Shown one piece after another: positions 32,317 through 42,527 of a stretch of DNA of 64,000 nucleotides; the first letter of the stretch is position 1; each line of letters begins with the position of its first letter. A program made the translations under genes and the position numbers. Origin of the DNA: an uncultured Holdemania sp. (GTDB lineage: Bacteria > Bacillota_I > Bacilli_A > Erysipelotrichales > Erysipelotrichaceae); NCBI GenBank assembly GCA_964369385.1, contig CAYJEY010000002.1:122472-186471 (forward strand). The letters run 5' to 3'. Below the pieces are notes generated by a model. That model did no database searches, was not told where the DNA came from, and worked only from the letters and a program-made list of their open reading frames with translations.

Positions 32317-33735
32317 ATGGAATCAATAGGATTAGTATTAACAATTGTAGTGGTAGTTTTATTTTTTGCGACATTAGTGTTCATTTTATCAAGGTATCGT
32401 AAATGTCCTTCGGATAAAATTTTAGTTGTTTATGGAAAAGTAGGATCGAATAAAGATGGTAGTCAACGTAGTGCTAGATGTATTCATGGGGGGGCAGCAT
32501 TCATTGTGCCTGTCATTCAGTCATTTGAATATATGGATTTGACACCAATATCAATACCAGTAGATTTAAAAAATGCTTTATCAAAACAGAACATTCGTAT
32601 TGACGTACCTTCTCGATTCACTGTTGGTATCTCAGTTGAACAAGCTGTGATGCAAAATGCAGCGGAACGCTTACTTGGATTGAATTTAGGAGAGATTCAA
32701 GAATTAGCAAAAGATATTATTTTTGGACAATTACGTCTTGTAATTGCAACAATGGACATTGAAGAAATTAATACAGACCGTGATAAATTCTTAGCAGCTG
32801 TTTCAAACAATGTAGAAACAGAATTAAAGAAAATTGGATTACGTTTAATCAACGTTAACGTAACAGATATCTCAGATGAATCAGGATACATTGCAGCACT
32901 TGGTAAAGAGGCAGCTGCAAAAGCGATCAATGATGCAAAAATTTCAGTTGCTGAAGCAAATCGTTCTGGGGCAATCGGGGAAGCTAATGCGCATCGTGAA
33001 CAACGTATCTCAGTATCACATGCAGATTCTGAAGCAATCAAAGGAGAAAACCAGGCAAAAGCTCAAGTAGCTGAGTCAAACGCAACATTAAGTGAGAAAC
33101 AAGCGGAAGCATTAAGACGTACAACAATTGCACAAAAAACACAAGCAGCGAAAGCCTTGGAAGAATCTTATTCTGCGGAGAAAGAAGCAGAGTTAGCTCG
33201 TTATGCAAAAGAGAAAGCTTCATTAGAGGCAGATGTTATCGTTAAAACAGAAATCGATAAACGTAAATTAGAACTAGAAGCGGCAGCACATGCTGAGCAA
33301 GTGCGTATTCAAGCTAAAGGGGAAGCTGATGCAATTTATATGAAAATGGAAGCAGAAGCTCGTGGTATGGCAGAAATGCTAGCACGTCAAGCTGAGGGGT
33401 TAAGTAAAATTGTTGAGGCAGCTAATGGAAATGCGGAAGATGCAATGAAATTGATGATTACAGACAAATTAGATACACTAGTACAAACTCAAGTGGAAGC
33501 AATTAAAAATATTAAAATTGATAAAATTACTGTTTGGGATAATGGTACTTCTAAAGGAAATGGTAAAACACAGACTGCAGACTTTATCTCAGGAATGATG
33601 AGTTCACTTCCACCATTACATGACGTATTTAATATGGCAGGAATGGAATTACCCGAATTTTTAGGAAAAGAAAAGACAAATCAAGTAGCAGAAGAAGAAA
33701 TTGAAGTTATTACACCAGAAGTAGTAGAAAAATAA
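32317..33735 (+). CDS. floT: flotillin-like SPFH domain protein (FloT/YuaG-like)
   Basis: An N-terminal TM helix, an SPFH domain and a long Ala/Glu-rich coiled coil. Confidence 0.8.
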   Translation: MESIGLVLTIVVVVLFFATLVFILSRYRKCPSDKILVVYGKVGSNKDGSQRSARCIHGGAAFIVPVIQSFEYMDLTPISIPVDLKNALSKQNIRIDVPSRFTVGISVEQAVMQNAAERLLGLNLGEIQELAKDIIFGQLRLVIATMDIEEINTDRDKFLAAVSNNVETELKKIGLRLINVNVTDISDESGYIAALGKEAAAKAINDAKISVAEANRSGAIGEANAHREQRISVSHADSEAIKGENQAKAQVAESNATLSEKQAEALRRTTIAQKTQAAKALEESYSAEKEAELARYAKEKASLEADVIVKTEIDKRKLELEAAAHAEQVRIQAKGEADAIYMKMEAEARGMAEMLARQAEGLSKIVEAANGNAEDAMKLMITDKLDTLVQTQVEAIKNIKIDKITVWDNGTSKGNGKTQTADFISGMMSSLPPLHDVFNMAGMELPEFLGKEKTNQVAEEEIEVITPEVVEK

Positions 33736-33783
33736 ACGAAAAAAGAGTTATGTTTCTCCCATAAGGGGTTCATAACTCTTTTC

Positions 33784-34089
33784 TTATGCAAATTTTTTAA
33801 TTGATAAACGTTTGCGATTCCCTAAAAATGTACCAATATAAAGAACTAGGAAATAGAAAACAGGGAAAATTAAACAAAGGGTATTATAGAAGATAAATGT
33901 AAATGGAACAAATAAAAAACTTGCGATTAACGGAAACACAAATGTGAACCCTTTTTTCTTAGCGTTGAAATAAGATAAAACGAAACATGCGAGTGGATTG
34001 ATGAGTAAAAGTAATAGAATATAATAATTAGTATTTAAGTTAATCAATGGTAAAAAGCCATAAATCAATACGAGTAAAATGTAGTTCAT
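33784..34089 (-). CDS. small hydrophobic membrane protein (hypothetical)
   Basis: 101 aa with 3 TM helices. Its start overlaps the yigZ stop (ATGA). It is AT-rich and could be spurious. Confidence 0.3.
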   Translation of the reverse strand: MNYILLVLIYGFLPLINLNTNYYILLLLLINPLACFVLSYFNAKKKGFTFVFPLIASFLFVPFTFIFYNTLCLIFPVFYFLVLYIGTFLGNRKRLSIKKFA

Positions 34090-34697
34090 GATGATATTTC
34101 CTTTTCTAAAAGTTGGGTACCGATTGAACGAGGAATAAACTTCCCTTTTGTCATATTGGTAATTCTTTCGATGATATCACTATCTTGTGAGTAAAAGTGA
34201 TAAGTAATCGAAACATCATACTGTTTATCAGTAATTGTGCAGTATTGAGGGAGGTAATGATCTAATTGGTTAATGTAGTCATAGCTAAATTCCAATGTAT
34301 ATAGCTCCACGTTTAATAATTCTAATTTTGGTGCGTGATGGATAGCTTGTGTAACACAATTTGAGTAGGCTCGTATGAGTCCCCCTGTTCCTAATTTGAT
34401 ACCACCAAAATATCGAGTCACAACAACACATGTATCAATGAGATGATTGTTTCTAAGTGAAGTAAGCATAGGAACTCCTGCTGTTCCACTAGGTTCACCA
34501 TCATCACTGCATCGTTGAATTTCATGATTGTGACCCAAAACATATGCACTACAATGATGATTTGCATCAGGATGTTGTTTTTTTATTGATGCAATGTATT
34601 GCTTCGCCTCTTCTTCTGAACTTATTTTAATGATATTAGTAATGAATGTCGAACGCTCAATATCAACAGTATGTATAAATTCTCTTGCAATTCTCAT
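34086..34697 (-). CDS. yigZ: IMPACT/YigZ family protein
   Basis: UPF0029 signature (HHCSAYVLG...GEPSGTAGVPML...RYFGGIKLG). Confidence 0.82.
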   Translation of the reverse strand: MRIAREFIHTVDIERSTFITNIIKISSEEEAKQYIASIKKQHPDANHHCSAYVLGHNHEIQRCSDDGEPSGTAGVPMLTSLRNNHLIDTCVVVTRYFGGIKLGTGGLIRAYSNCVTQAIHHAPKLELLNVELYTLEFSYDYINQLDHYLPQYCTITDKQYDVSITYHFYSQDSDIIERITNMTKGKFIPRSIGTQLLEKEISS

Positions 34698-34869
34698 GTG
34701 CTCACCTCGATTACACTACATATTGTAACGCATCAAGCAAAGAAATTAAACCATATAATTCCATGTAATTGCTCGAATAATTACGAATTATGGTAGGTCT
34801 TGCAAGTTTTGCTTGCAGTTGTAGTGTGATTCCGTTATACTTGGAAAGTTGTCAAAACGGAGGTACAAG

Positions 34870-36219
34870 ATGCAAGAAAATAAATCAGATAAATTAGGAA
34901 CCATGCCAATTGGAGAATTACTATATAAAATGAGTGTACCTGCAGTAATTTCTATGATCATTCAAGCGCTTTATAATATTGTTGACAGTATGTATGTTGC
35001 TCAACTAGGACAAGATGCTCTATTTGCAATGGGACTTGTATTTCCAATGCAAATGTTAAGTTTATCAGTAGCCTTAGGTTGTGGAGCGGGTACAAATGCA
35101 TTGCTTGCAAGAAGACTTGGACAAAAGAGACAAGATCATGCCAATCAAACTGCGACTACAGGTGTTCTACTTGCTCTGTTTCACTCCCTAATTATTTTAT
35201 TAATTGGAATCTTTGCAAGTGAAGTTTTTCTAAGTATGTTTACAGATAATACGGAGATTATCTCAATGGGAAGCACTTATTTATATATTGTTATGGGGTT
35301 TTCTTTAGGACAACACATACAAATTGTATGTGAGCGTATCTTACAAGCGACGGGAAACATGATTGTTCCAATGATTGCTCTTATGATTTCAGCTCTAACT
35401 AATATCATCCTCGACCCTATTTTCATCTTCGGATACTTTGGTGTTCCAGCGATGGGAATTGCAGGGGCTGCCTTAGCAACAGTCATTGGTCAGTGGATCG
35501 GGATGTTTTATATTTTAGCAGTGCTCTTTTTCAAAAAACATGATGTCAAAGTTACTTTTAAAAATTTTAAACTAGAGCTTATATGTATCAATAAAATATA
35601 TCTTGTCGGTATTCCAGCGATGGTAATGAATGCAATTAGTTCATTCACTGTGACGCTCTTGAATACAATACTTGTCGGATTTAGTGATACGGCGGTCAAT
35701 GTATTGAGTATTTATTTCAAAGTACAGTCATTTGTTTTTATGCCTATCTTCGGCATTACAAATGGGGCTATGCCAATTTTAGCTTATAATTATGGTGCAA
35801 GAAATAAACAAAGGTTTGAAGATACAATAAAACTTATGCTAAAAGTAAGTCTAATTATCATGATTGCTGGAAGTGCCTTCTTTCTCTTCTTCCCAGATGC
35901 AATTTTAGGAATGTTTAACCCTACCCCTGAGTTACTTGAAATTGGAAGAGTATCATTTCGAATTATTTGCATTCACTTTGTGTTTGCAGCAGTTTCGATT
36001 GTGTTAAGTTCGGTATTTCAAGCATTGGGGCTTGGTGTATCAAGTTTAGCTTTATCAGTGCTAAGACAAATTGTACTGTTGGTTCCCTTAGCCTATCTAT
36101 TCTCACAATGGATTGGACTTACTGGTGTGTGGTGGTCATACTTAGTAGCAGAGGTAGTTGTTGCTGTTGTGTTTACTCCAATTGCCTTAAAAGCAATTAA
36201 AACACGCTTTTTAGTATAA
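34870..36219 (+). CDS. MATE family efflux transporter
   Basis: 12-TM MATE architecture. The start is the ATG at 34870 after a GGAGGT RBS. Confidence 0.8.
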   Translation: MQENKSDKLGTMPIGELLYKMSVPAVISMIIQALYNIVDSMYVAQLGQDALFAMGLVFPMQMLSLSVALGCGAGTNALLARRLGQKRQDHANQTATTGVLLALFHSLIILLIGIFASEVFLSMFTDNTEIISMGSTYLYIVMGFSLGQHIQIVCERILQATGNMIVPMIALMISALTNIILDPIFIFGYFGVPAMGIAGAALATVIGQWIGMFYILAVLFFKKHDVKVTFKNFKLELICINKIYLVGIPAMVMNAISSFTVTLLNTILVGFSDTAVNVLSIYFKVQSFVFMPIFGITNGAMPILAYNYGARNKQRFEDTIKLMLKVSLIIMIAGSAFFLFFPDAILGMFNPTPELLEIGRVSFRIICIHFVFAAVSIVLSSVFQALGLGVSSLALSVLRQIVLLVPLAYLFSQWIGLTGVWWSYLVAEVVVAVVFTPIALKAIKTRFLV

Positions 36220-36325
36220 AGAATGTGAAATTGTCAAAAATATAAATAAGGTAATGCAAAATGGAAATCTTATGTTATATTAAAATTAACTACAGTAAGA
36301 TTATTAACCAAATTAGGAGGTGCCT

Positions 36326-36523
36326 ATGTATCAAGTATTATTAGTAGATTGCCCACCTTGCTTTAAAAGAGTATTGACTTTCAATGCTGAAGCACTCGAA
36401 AAATTCACGTCATTAAATTTCTTTCTGCAACGCAACTTAGCAAATTATGTAGCTAACGGTGAAAACAATATTGATATGAAGAATCGTATTGATGAAGTCA
36501 TAGATAGATTAAAAGAAATGTAG
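36326..36523 (+). CDS. small CPPC-motif protein, possible minimal thioredoxin/glutaredoxin-like fold
   Basis: A strong AGGAGG RBS. The sequence MYQVLLVDCPPCFKRV has a beta1-CxxC-alpha1 arrangement, as in NrdH or glutaredoxin. Total length is 65 aa, and a hairpin terminator follows. Confidence 0.45.
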   Translation: MYQVLLVDCPPCFKRVLTFNAEALEKFTSLNFFLQRNLANYVANGENNIDMKNRIDEVIDRLKEM

Positions 36524-36532
36524 TCCAAATGA

Positions 36533-36589
36533 AAAACTCAAGTTCGTTTATCCCCTATTATGCGGAATGGAAAACTTGAGTTTTTTTTA
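36533..36589 (+). terminator. long hairpin terminator after the small CPPC gene
   Basis: AAAAACTCAAGTT...AACTTGAGTTTTTTTT. Confidence 0.6.
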
Positions 36590-37834
36590 TTTACAATTCA
36601 ATTTTTCGAAAGGTTCAGGTTTTGCGAAGAGATAACCTTGTGAATAATCTACTTGGTATTGAATGAGGATACTTTGAATTTCCTCATTCTCAACATACTC
36701 AGCAACAATTGTGGCATTGATAAGCTTAGCCATATAACAAATTGAATCTAGAATAATTCGATTTTCTTGTTTAGTAGCGAGGTGTTTAATGATTTCTCCA
36801 TCAATCTTGATAATATCAGGACGGAGTGCGATTACTGAAATGTAGGTAGCAAATCCTACTCCAAAATCATCGATAGCAATTTTACAACCTAGTGATTTTA
36901 CTTCAATCAAAAAATTCATTAAATCATCTAAATTCTGGTAATTTTCTGTTTCTACAAATTCAATGGTAATTCGATGAGGTTCTTTGAAGTCTTTAATACG
37001 CGCAAGTAATGAGTTGCGACATTCAACTGAATCAACGTCATATGAGGATATATTGATGTTTACTTCACAGTGTGAATTCTCAAATAACTTTAGTGTCTTA
37101 TCAATCATAATATTACTGATGGTATTATATAAATTAAATTTTTTTGCGACATCTAAAAAGACATAAGGAAAAATTACTTTACCGTCTGCATCAATGAGAC
37201 GTATCAAGGCTTCGTACTTAGTAATTTTATTTTCGTGATTATCATAAATACCTTGGAAATAGGGAGTAATTGCATCATGTTCAATTGCATAGTTTAAGAG
37301 AGTATAAGTTTCATAATCTTGTTTTAATTTCATTTCGATAAGTTGTTTTTCATTTCGAGAAACTAAGAAGTTCTCAATCGATTCTTTATGATAAAAAGCA
37401 GTTGCGAGTGCATGATCAAGCATATTTTCTTGTTTAAACACAAGAATAAATTTAGAGATACCACTAATTTGTGTCTTAGATGACGTCGATCGCTCAAAAC
37501 GATGATAAAATCCTTTCATAATATCCATAAATTCATCATCACTGATTTCGTCATTTGTTGCTACAATAAATGATTTAAAAGAAAGTGAGTATACAAAAAC
37601 TTGGTGATTGATTTGAGATTCTTTCAACATTGTAACAACAATTTTGAGAACATCTTTAATGCTTTGATTATAAGCGTCATGACCAACATATGCAGTAAGC
37701 ATCCCTGCATTTACTATCTCAGTTAAACACAATTTAGAAAATTTCTTTTCTTTCAAGTCAACTTCGTATTTATTATAATTATATACACCAAATCGATGAT
37801 CAATATATTGGTTTTCAAATGCTATTTTTTTCAT
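36587..37834 (-). CDS. EAL-domain protein (c-di-GMP phosphodiesterase) with a non-GGDEF N-terminal domain
   Basis: EAL motifs are present: YEALIRL, DDFGVGFATY, KIDGEII and EYVENEE...QGYLFAKP. The N-terminal about 190 aa lack a GGDEF motif. Confidence 0.75.
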   Translation of the reverse strand: MKKIAFENQYIDHRFGVYNYNKYEVDLKEKKFSKLCLTEIVNAGMLTAYVGHDAYNQSIKDVLKIVVTMLKESQINHQVFVYSLSFKSFIVATNDEISDDEFMDIMKGFYHRFERSTSSKTQISGISKFILVFKQENMLDHALATAFYHKESIENFLVSRNEKQLIEMKLKQDYETYTLLNYAIEHDAITPYFQGIYDNHENKITKYEALIRLIDADGKVIFPYVFLDVAKKFNLYNTISNIMIDKTLKLFENSHCEVNINISSYDVDSVECRNSLLARIKDFKEPHRITIEFVETENYQNLDDLMNFLIEVKSLGCKIAIDDFGVGFATYISVIALRPDIIKIDGEIIKHLATKQENRIILDSICYMAKLINATIVAEYVENEEIQSILIQYQVDYSQGYLFAKPEPFEKLNCK

Positions 37835-37927
37835 GGATTACACCAACACAAATTTATGTATTTTCTGTCCTTTCAACTTTGAAATAAAGATAAGATAATT
37901 ATGACAGTTATTTGAATATTTGTAAAT

Positions 37928-37941
37928 TGAAAGCGCTTAAA
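37928..37941. promoter_or_regulatory. cre-like site (TGAAAGCGCTTAAA)
   Basis: 13 of 14 positions match the CcpA cre consensus TGWAANCGNTNWCA. The site is in the divergent intergenic region between the EAL gene and the pepD-like gene. Confidence 0.35.
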
Positions 37942-38316
37942 TGACATTGAATCATAAAATATTTAACAAATAGTGTAATTTAAAGAAAATAAGTATAGAG
38001 ATATTGCAAGAGATAATAAAGTACATAAATGTGTATTGATATCATCATCTGATATAAAATCTGTAGTAATCGGATTACCTAAGGCTAGTAGAAAAAACTA
38101 TAAAAATTTAGAGATATTTTTGGAAAGGAAAAAGAGTGTATTTCTTCTTTTTTAGTAAATAAAAGACACGAAGTAATCATAAATTTATACAAATAAATAT
38201 ACTTTTAAACTAATCAAAAGCATAACTATATGATATAGTTAAATTGGAAATAGATGGATATAGGATTTTTCAACAAGTAATTAACAAGGCTGTATATGAT
38301 AAAGGAGGACCACACG

Positions 38317-39747
38317 ATGTTTGATCTAACGAAATCTTACTACAAGTACTTTAACGATGTTTTAAAAATTCCTCATACAACGGCAAATGAGAGACAATTA
38401 AGTAATTACTTGGTTGCATTTGCAACAACAAATCAATTCAAATATGTGCAAGATATATTTGGGAATGTGGTTATTTATAAAGAGGCTTATTTTGGGCAAG
38501 AAAATCGCGATAAAATAATTCTGCATACATATATAGACATGGCTTATGAAAAGGAAGAAGAAGTAGATCATGATTGTTTAACCGAGCCAGTAAGATATGA
38601 AATAGTAGATGGATGGATTCATGGAGATGGAACTTCTATCGGTGCTAATGCATGTGCAGGAATCAGTTATATTTTATCAATACTTGAAAGCACGACTGTG
38701 GCTCATCCTGCACTTGAATGTGTGTTTACTGTTCAAGAGAAGACGGGATTACTTGGGTGTATGCAGTTAAAGAAAGAATATTTTGAAGCACATCGTATGA
38801 TTTACCTAGGTTCTGGAAGCGAAGGTGTTGTCGTTACTTCAGCAGCTGGAGGACGAGTAATCGAGTTAGAGAAAAAGTTTGCCTTTGAAAAAATTGAGAT
38901 ACCTACGTATGAGCTCAGTGTTTATGGTTTATTAGGAGGCAACTCTGGGAATCATATTAATTTACAACGCGGTAATGCAAACAAAATTGCCGCTCGTGTG
39001 ATGTGGGAATTAGCTAAACGAGGAGTTCATTTTCAATTGATTGAAATTGAAGGTGGAAATAAAGAGACGACAATTCCTCGCGAATGTCTCATTACATTTG
39101 CTTCAAATGATAAAATTGAAAGAATTCAAGAAGTCATTGAATCGATTAAATGTGCCATTTTAAATGAGTTAGAGGCAACAGATCCAAAAGTAGAAATATG
39201 CTTTGTGAAGACAAATGTGGCTAATAAAGCAATGAATGTAGATGATTCAAAAAAAGTCATTCAATTTGTGATGGCGTTAAGAAATGGATTGATTGCTAGA
39301 GATGTACGAATCAATCATTTGCCACTAGCTTCAATTAATATGGGAATCTTCAGGTTAAGTGAAACAGGCGTATTTATTGTATTTGCCTTACGTAGTAGTA
39401 TGGATAGTTGGATAGAAGTAATGAGTGATGAGATTCAATGTAATTGTGATGCTTTTGGTTACATTTATGAAAGTGTATATCATTTTCCAGGGTGGGCATA
39501 TCAAAATGGCTCGACTCTTAGACGGTTATATAAGGAAATCTATCATGATACGTTCAAAAAGGATTTGCAATTTGAGGCAACACATTCAGGTAGTGAGTGC
39601 GGGGTGTTTTGCAACCTGATTCCAAATATTGATATCATCACGTGTGCACCATTAATTAAAAACTCACATACACCATTTGAGTGCATGGATTTAGATTCAT
39701 TTGAAATAACATATGATTTATTAGTAAAGTTATTAGAGAAATGCTAG
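38317..39747 (+). CDS. aminoacyl-histidine dipeptidase PepD-like (M20C family)
   Basis: The N-terminal pattern IPHTT...GNVVIYK...LHTYIDMA...GTSIGANACAG parallels the PepD signature regions. The start ATG at 38317 follows an AAAGGAGGA RBS. Confidence 0.62.
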   Translation: MFDLTKSYYKYFNDVLKIPHTTANERQLSNYLVAFATTNQFKYVQDIFGNVVIYKEAYFGQENRDKIILHTYIDMAYEKEEEVDHDCLTEPVRYEIVDGWIHGDGTSIGANACAGISYILSILESTTVAHPALECVFTVQEKTGLLGCMQLKKEYFEAHRMIYLGSGSEGVVVTSAAGGRVIELEKKFAFEKIEIPTYELSVYGLLGGNSGNHINLQRGNANKIAARVMWELAKRGVHFQLIEIEGGNKETTIPRECLITFASNDKIERIQEVIESIKCAILNELEATDPKVEICFVKTNVANKAMNVDDSKKVIQFVMALRNGLIARDVRINHLPLASINMGIFRLSETGVFIVFALRSSMDSWIEVMSDEIQCNCDAFGYIYESVYHFPGWAYQNGSTLRRLYKEIYHDTFKKDLQFEATHSGSECGVFCNLIPNIDIITCAPLIKNSHTPFECMDLDSFEITYDLLVKLLEKC

Positions 39748-39765
39748 AAACATAGGAGAACAGAA

Positions 39766-41100
39766 ATGAAAGTGGTAAAGGGTTTAGTTGTATTGGGATT
39801 AAGTATCTTGTTGGTGGGGTGTACAAGTACGCCTGAAGTGGAGAAGGTAGCTGAGCAAAATTATGTGGAAGTTTTTGAAGGAACTTATCAAGAAGTTGCG
39901 ACTTACTACGTTGAAGCCCTGCAAGCGAAAGAGTATGAAGTGTTAAAGACACACTTCGAATATGATGTTGTGATGGCAGATGATGTAATGCTTGAGCAGG
40001 TTACCCTTATGTTAGCGATGACACTAGAGAGTAGTGGAGATATTGAAGAGGTAAAACCATTCAATGAATACTCACAGGGAGAATATGTGATTGTACAAGC
40101 TCCACTCGTGTGCACAGAAGAAAACTTCACTTTAAACTTGGTATTTAACAATTCCGGAGAAATTGCAGGGATAAATTTTGTCGAGTTCATTGAGACAAGT
40201 ATAAGTGAGCCAATCGTACAAGCCCCACAAAATAGTACACTTGTCGACTTACCATTAGTTATGCGAGATGGTTTAGAATTGAATGGAGTACTAACATTAC
40301 CAGAGTGGATAGAGCCAGGTCCTGTAGTAATTTTAGTGCATGGTTCAGGACCAAACGATATGAATGAAACACTTTATGGGAATACTGTGTTTCGTGATTT
40401 AGCATATCAGTTGGCTCAAGAAGGAATCGCTACTTATCGTTACGACAAACGAACATTTGTCGATCCTAACTCACTAAATCATGCTGATGCGACATTATAT
40501 GATGAAGTCATTAATGATGTTGAGGATATCTATTCAATATTAAAAACAAGGGAAGATATAAATCAAGAACAAATATATGTTTTGGGACATAGTTTAGGTG
40601 GTATGAGTATTCCACGTATTGCTCATGAAATTGATGCAGCGGGGTATGTGATGATGGCAGCACCTGCATCCAATTTTTATGACTTGATGGAATATCAATT
40701 AAATTATTTAGCCAACTTTAATGGAGAAAATTCTGAGCTCCAAAGACAACTTGAACAAGTTACTGAATTAGCGGAAGGAGAAACTGTATTTGGTGTAGGA
40801 GCATCTTATTGGAATGATATATTAAGTTATGATCAGTTGAGTGAAGCTAGTAATATTAGTGTTCCAGTGCTAGTGCTTCAAGGAGAAGAAGATTATCAAG
40901 TACCAATGAGTGAATATGAAACTTGGAAAGCAATTTATTTGGAAAATAAATTATGGACATTTATTAGTTATCCTGGACTTTCTCACTTGATGATGGAAGG
41001 GAACCTAACAAAATCACCAGATACTTATTATACGATAAAACAAAATGTAGATGAACGTATTGCGATAGATATCGCAAACTTTATCGAAGCCAATCAATGA
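39766..41100 (+). CDS. lipoprotein with C-terminal alpha/beta-hydrolase domain
   Basis: A lipobox (LLVGC) and a GHSLGG nucleophile elbow (VLGHSLGGM), with HGSGPN upstream. Confidence 0.68.
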   Translation: MKVVKGLVVLGLSILLVGCTSTPEVEKVAEQNYVEVFEGTYQEVATYYVEALQAKEYEVLKTHFEYDVVMADDVMLEQVTLMLAMTLESSGDIEEVKPFNEYSQGEYVIVQAPLVCTEENFTLNLVFNNSGEIAGINFVEFIETSISEPIVQAPQNSTLVDLPLVMRDGLELNGVLTLPEWIEPGPVVILVHGSGPNDMNETLYGNTVFRDLAYQLAQEGIATYRYDKRTFVDPNSLNHADATLYDEVINDVEDIYSILKTREDINQEQIYVLGHSLGGMSIPRIAHEIDAAGYVMMAAPASNFYDLMEYQLNYLANFNGENSELQRQLEQVTELAEGETVFGVGASYWNDILSYDQLSEASNISVPVLVLQGEEDYQVPMSEYETWKAIYLENKLWTFISYPGLSHLMMEGNLTKSPDTYYTIKQNVDERIAIDIANFIEANQ

Positions 41101-41425
41101 GATAGAGAGAACTAATAAGAAAAAGTAGAATCAGAAGTTGTAGGTTAAAAAAAGATACAATTAAATAAATGAATAATGTGCATATGATCATGTGGTCAGA
41201 CTTTCTTACAAGGAGTGCTGAAATGAGGATAAATAATCCAGCTTGAATCATTTGCACATTTATTGTAGATATTTCTAATGTTGTTTGATTATAAAATAGA
41301 AGTAGTACTAACCAAATGAGAAAGTAGACATGAAATAAAATGTTGGACTTAAGAAAATTCAAAGGAATCACCTCTATATATCATAGGAAAAAAGGTAATC
41401 ATTTAGAACGAAATGGAGAGAAATA

Positions 41426-41950
41426 ATGGAAGAGAAAAGAATAGGAAGTGAAAGAATATATGAAGGAAAAATTATTAATGTGCGACGAGATGAAGTGGAA
41501 ATCAATCAAAAAGTATATCCACGAGAAGTAGTGGAACATCATGGAGGCGTAGCAATCCTTGCGATGAATGATCAAAAAGAAATATTTTGTGTTACACAAT
41601 ATCGTTATGCACAACAACGAGTAATGATGGAGTTACCTGCAGGGAAACTAGAAAAAGGAGAAAATCCACTTCTTTGCGCACAAAGAGAACTACAAGAAGA
41701 AACAGGGTATAGTGCAAAAACTTGGAATTATTTAGGAGAACTTGTACCTACCGGTGCGTATCTAGAAGAAAAAATATACATGTATTTTGCCCAAGACTTG
41801 TCTTATGTAGGACAAAATTTAGATGAGGATGAACATGTTTCGGTAAGTCAACATTGTATGGAAGAGTTAGTTGAAATGATAATGAAAAATGAAATTATTG
41901 ATGCGAAAACAATAGCGATGATATTGATGGCACAAAAAAAGTGCATATAA
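41426..41950 (+). CDS. NUDIX hydrolase (ADP-ribose pyrophosphatase-like)
   Basis: Nudix box GKLEKGENPLLCAQRELQEETGY. Confidence 0.82.
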   Translation: MEEKRIGSERIYEGKIINVRRDEVEINQKVYPREVVEHHGGVAILAMNDQKEIFCVTQYRYAQQRVMMELPAGKLEKGENPLLCAQRELQEETGYSAKTWNYLGELVPTGAYLEEKIYMYFAQDLSYVGQNLDEDEHVSVSQHCMEELVEMIMKNEIIDAKTIAMILMAQKKCI

Positions 41951-42012
41951 GGTGTCAAAAAATATATTAGTGATTATAATAACCTTATAACTTAAGGAGG
42001 TTATTTAAAATT

Positions 42013-42390
42013 ATGGATAAATTACATGTATGTGAAGTTTGTAAGAATATTGCACACCTAGTAAACGATGCTGGTGTACCGTTATATTGTTGTGGAAGAC
42101 CAATGACAACATTGGTTGCGAACACAACTGAGGCAGCAACTGAAAAGCATTTACCAGTAGTATCTCAAGAAGGTAGTACAGTAACTGTATCGGTGGGAAG
42201 TGTACAGCATCCAATGAGTGAAGATCATCTAATTGATTGGGTTGCACTAAACACTACAACAGGATGGCAATACAAGAAATTAACACCGATAGATGCCCCA
42301 ATTGCAACGTTTGAGCTGACTCAGGGAACAACGGCCATTGCAGCTTATGAGTATTGCAATTTACATGGACTTTGGAAAACTGAAATCTAA
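42013..42390 (+). CDS. dfx: desulfoferrodoxin (superoxide reductase, 2-domain)
   Basis: An N-terminal desulforedoxin-like Cys cluster (CEVCKN...CCGRPM) and the C-terminal EKHLPVV motif (SOR EKHVP). Confidence 0.8.
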   Translation: MDKLHVCEVCKNIAHLVNDAGVPLYCCGRPMTTLVANTTEAATEKHLPVVSQEGSTVTVSVGSVQHPMSEDHLIDWVALNTTTGWQYKKLTPIDAPIATFELTQGTTAIAAYEYCNLHGLWKTEI

Positions 42391-42527
42391 TTATTAGCAC
42401 AGAGATTCTGTGCTTTTTTAATCTTTTTAAAAAAGAATATTCAAACGCGATTTTACTGGTATTATTGTATTTGACAAAGTAGTAAAAATAGTGGATTATG
42501 TAATGAGAAACAAGGTAGGAGATAAGT

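Noticed and set aside
41081-41617. Hydrophobic small ORFs of 96 and 72 aa on the minus strand between the lipoprotein hydrolase and the Nudix gene
   Set aside because: The region is AT-rich and the ORFs overlap adjacent gene ends. The reported start codon appears to be non-ATG and no RBS is evident. They could be real small membrane proteins, but the evidence is insufficient, so I left them out of the features or gave them minimal weight.
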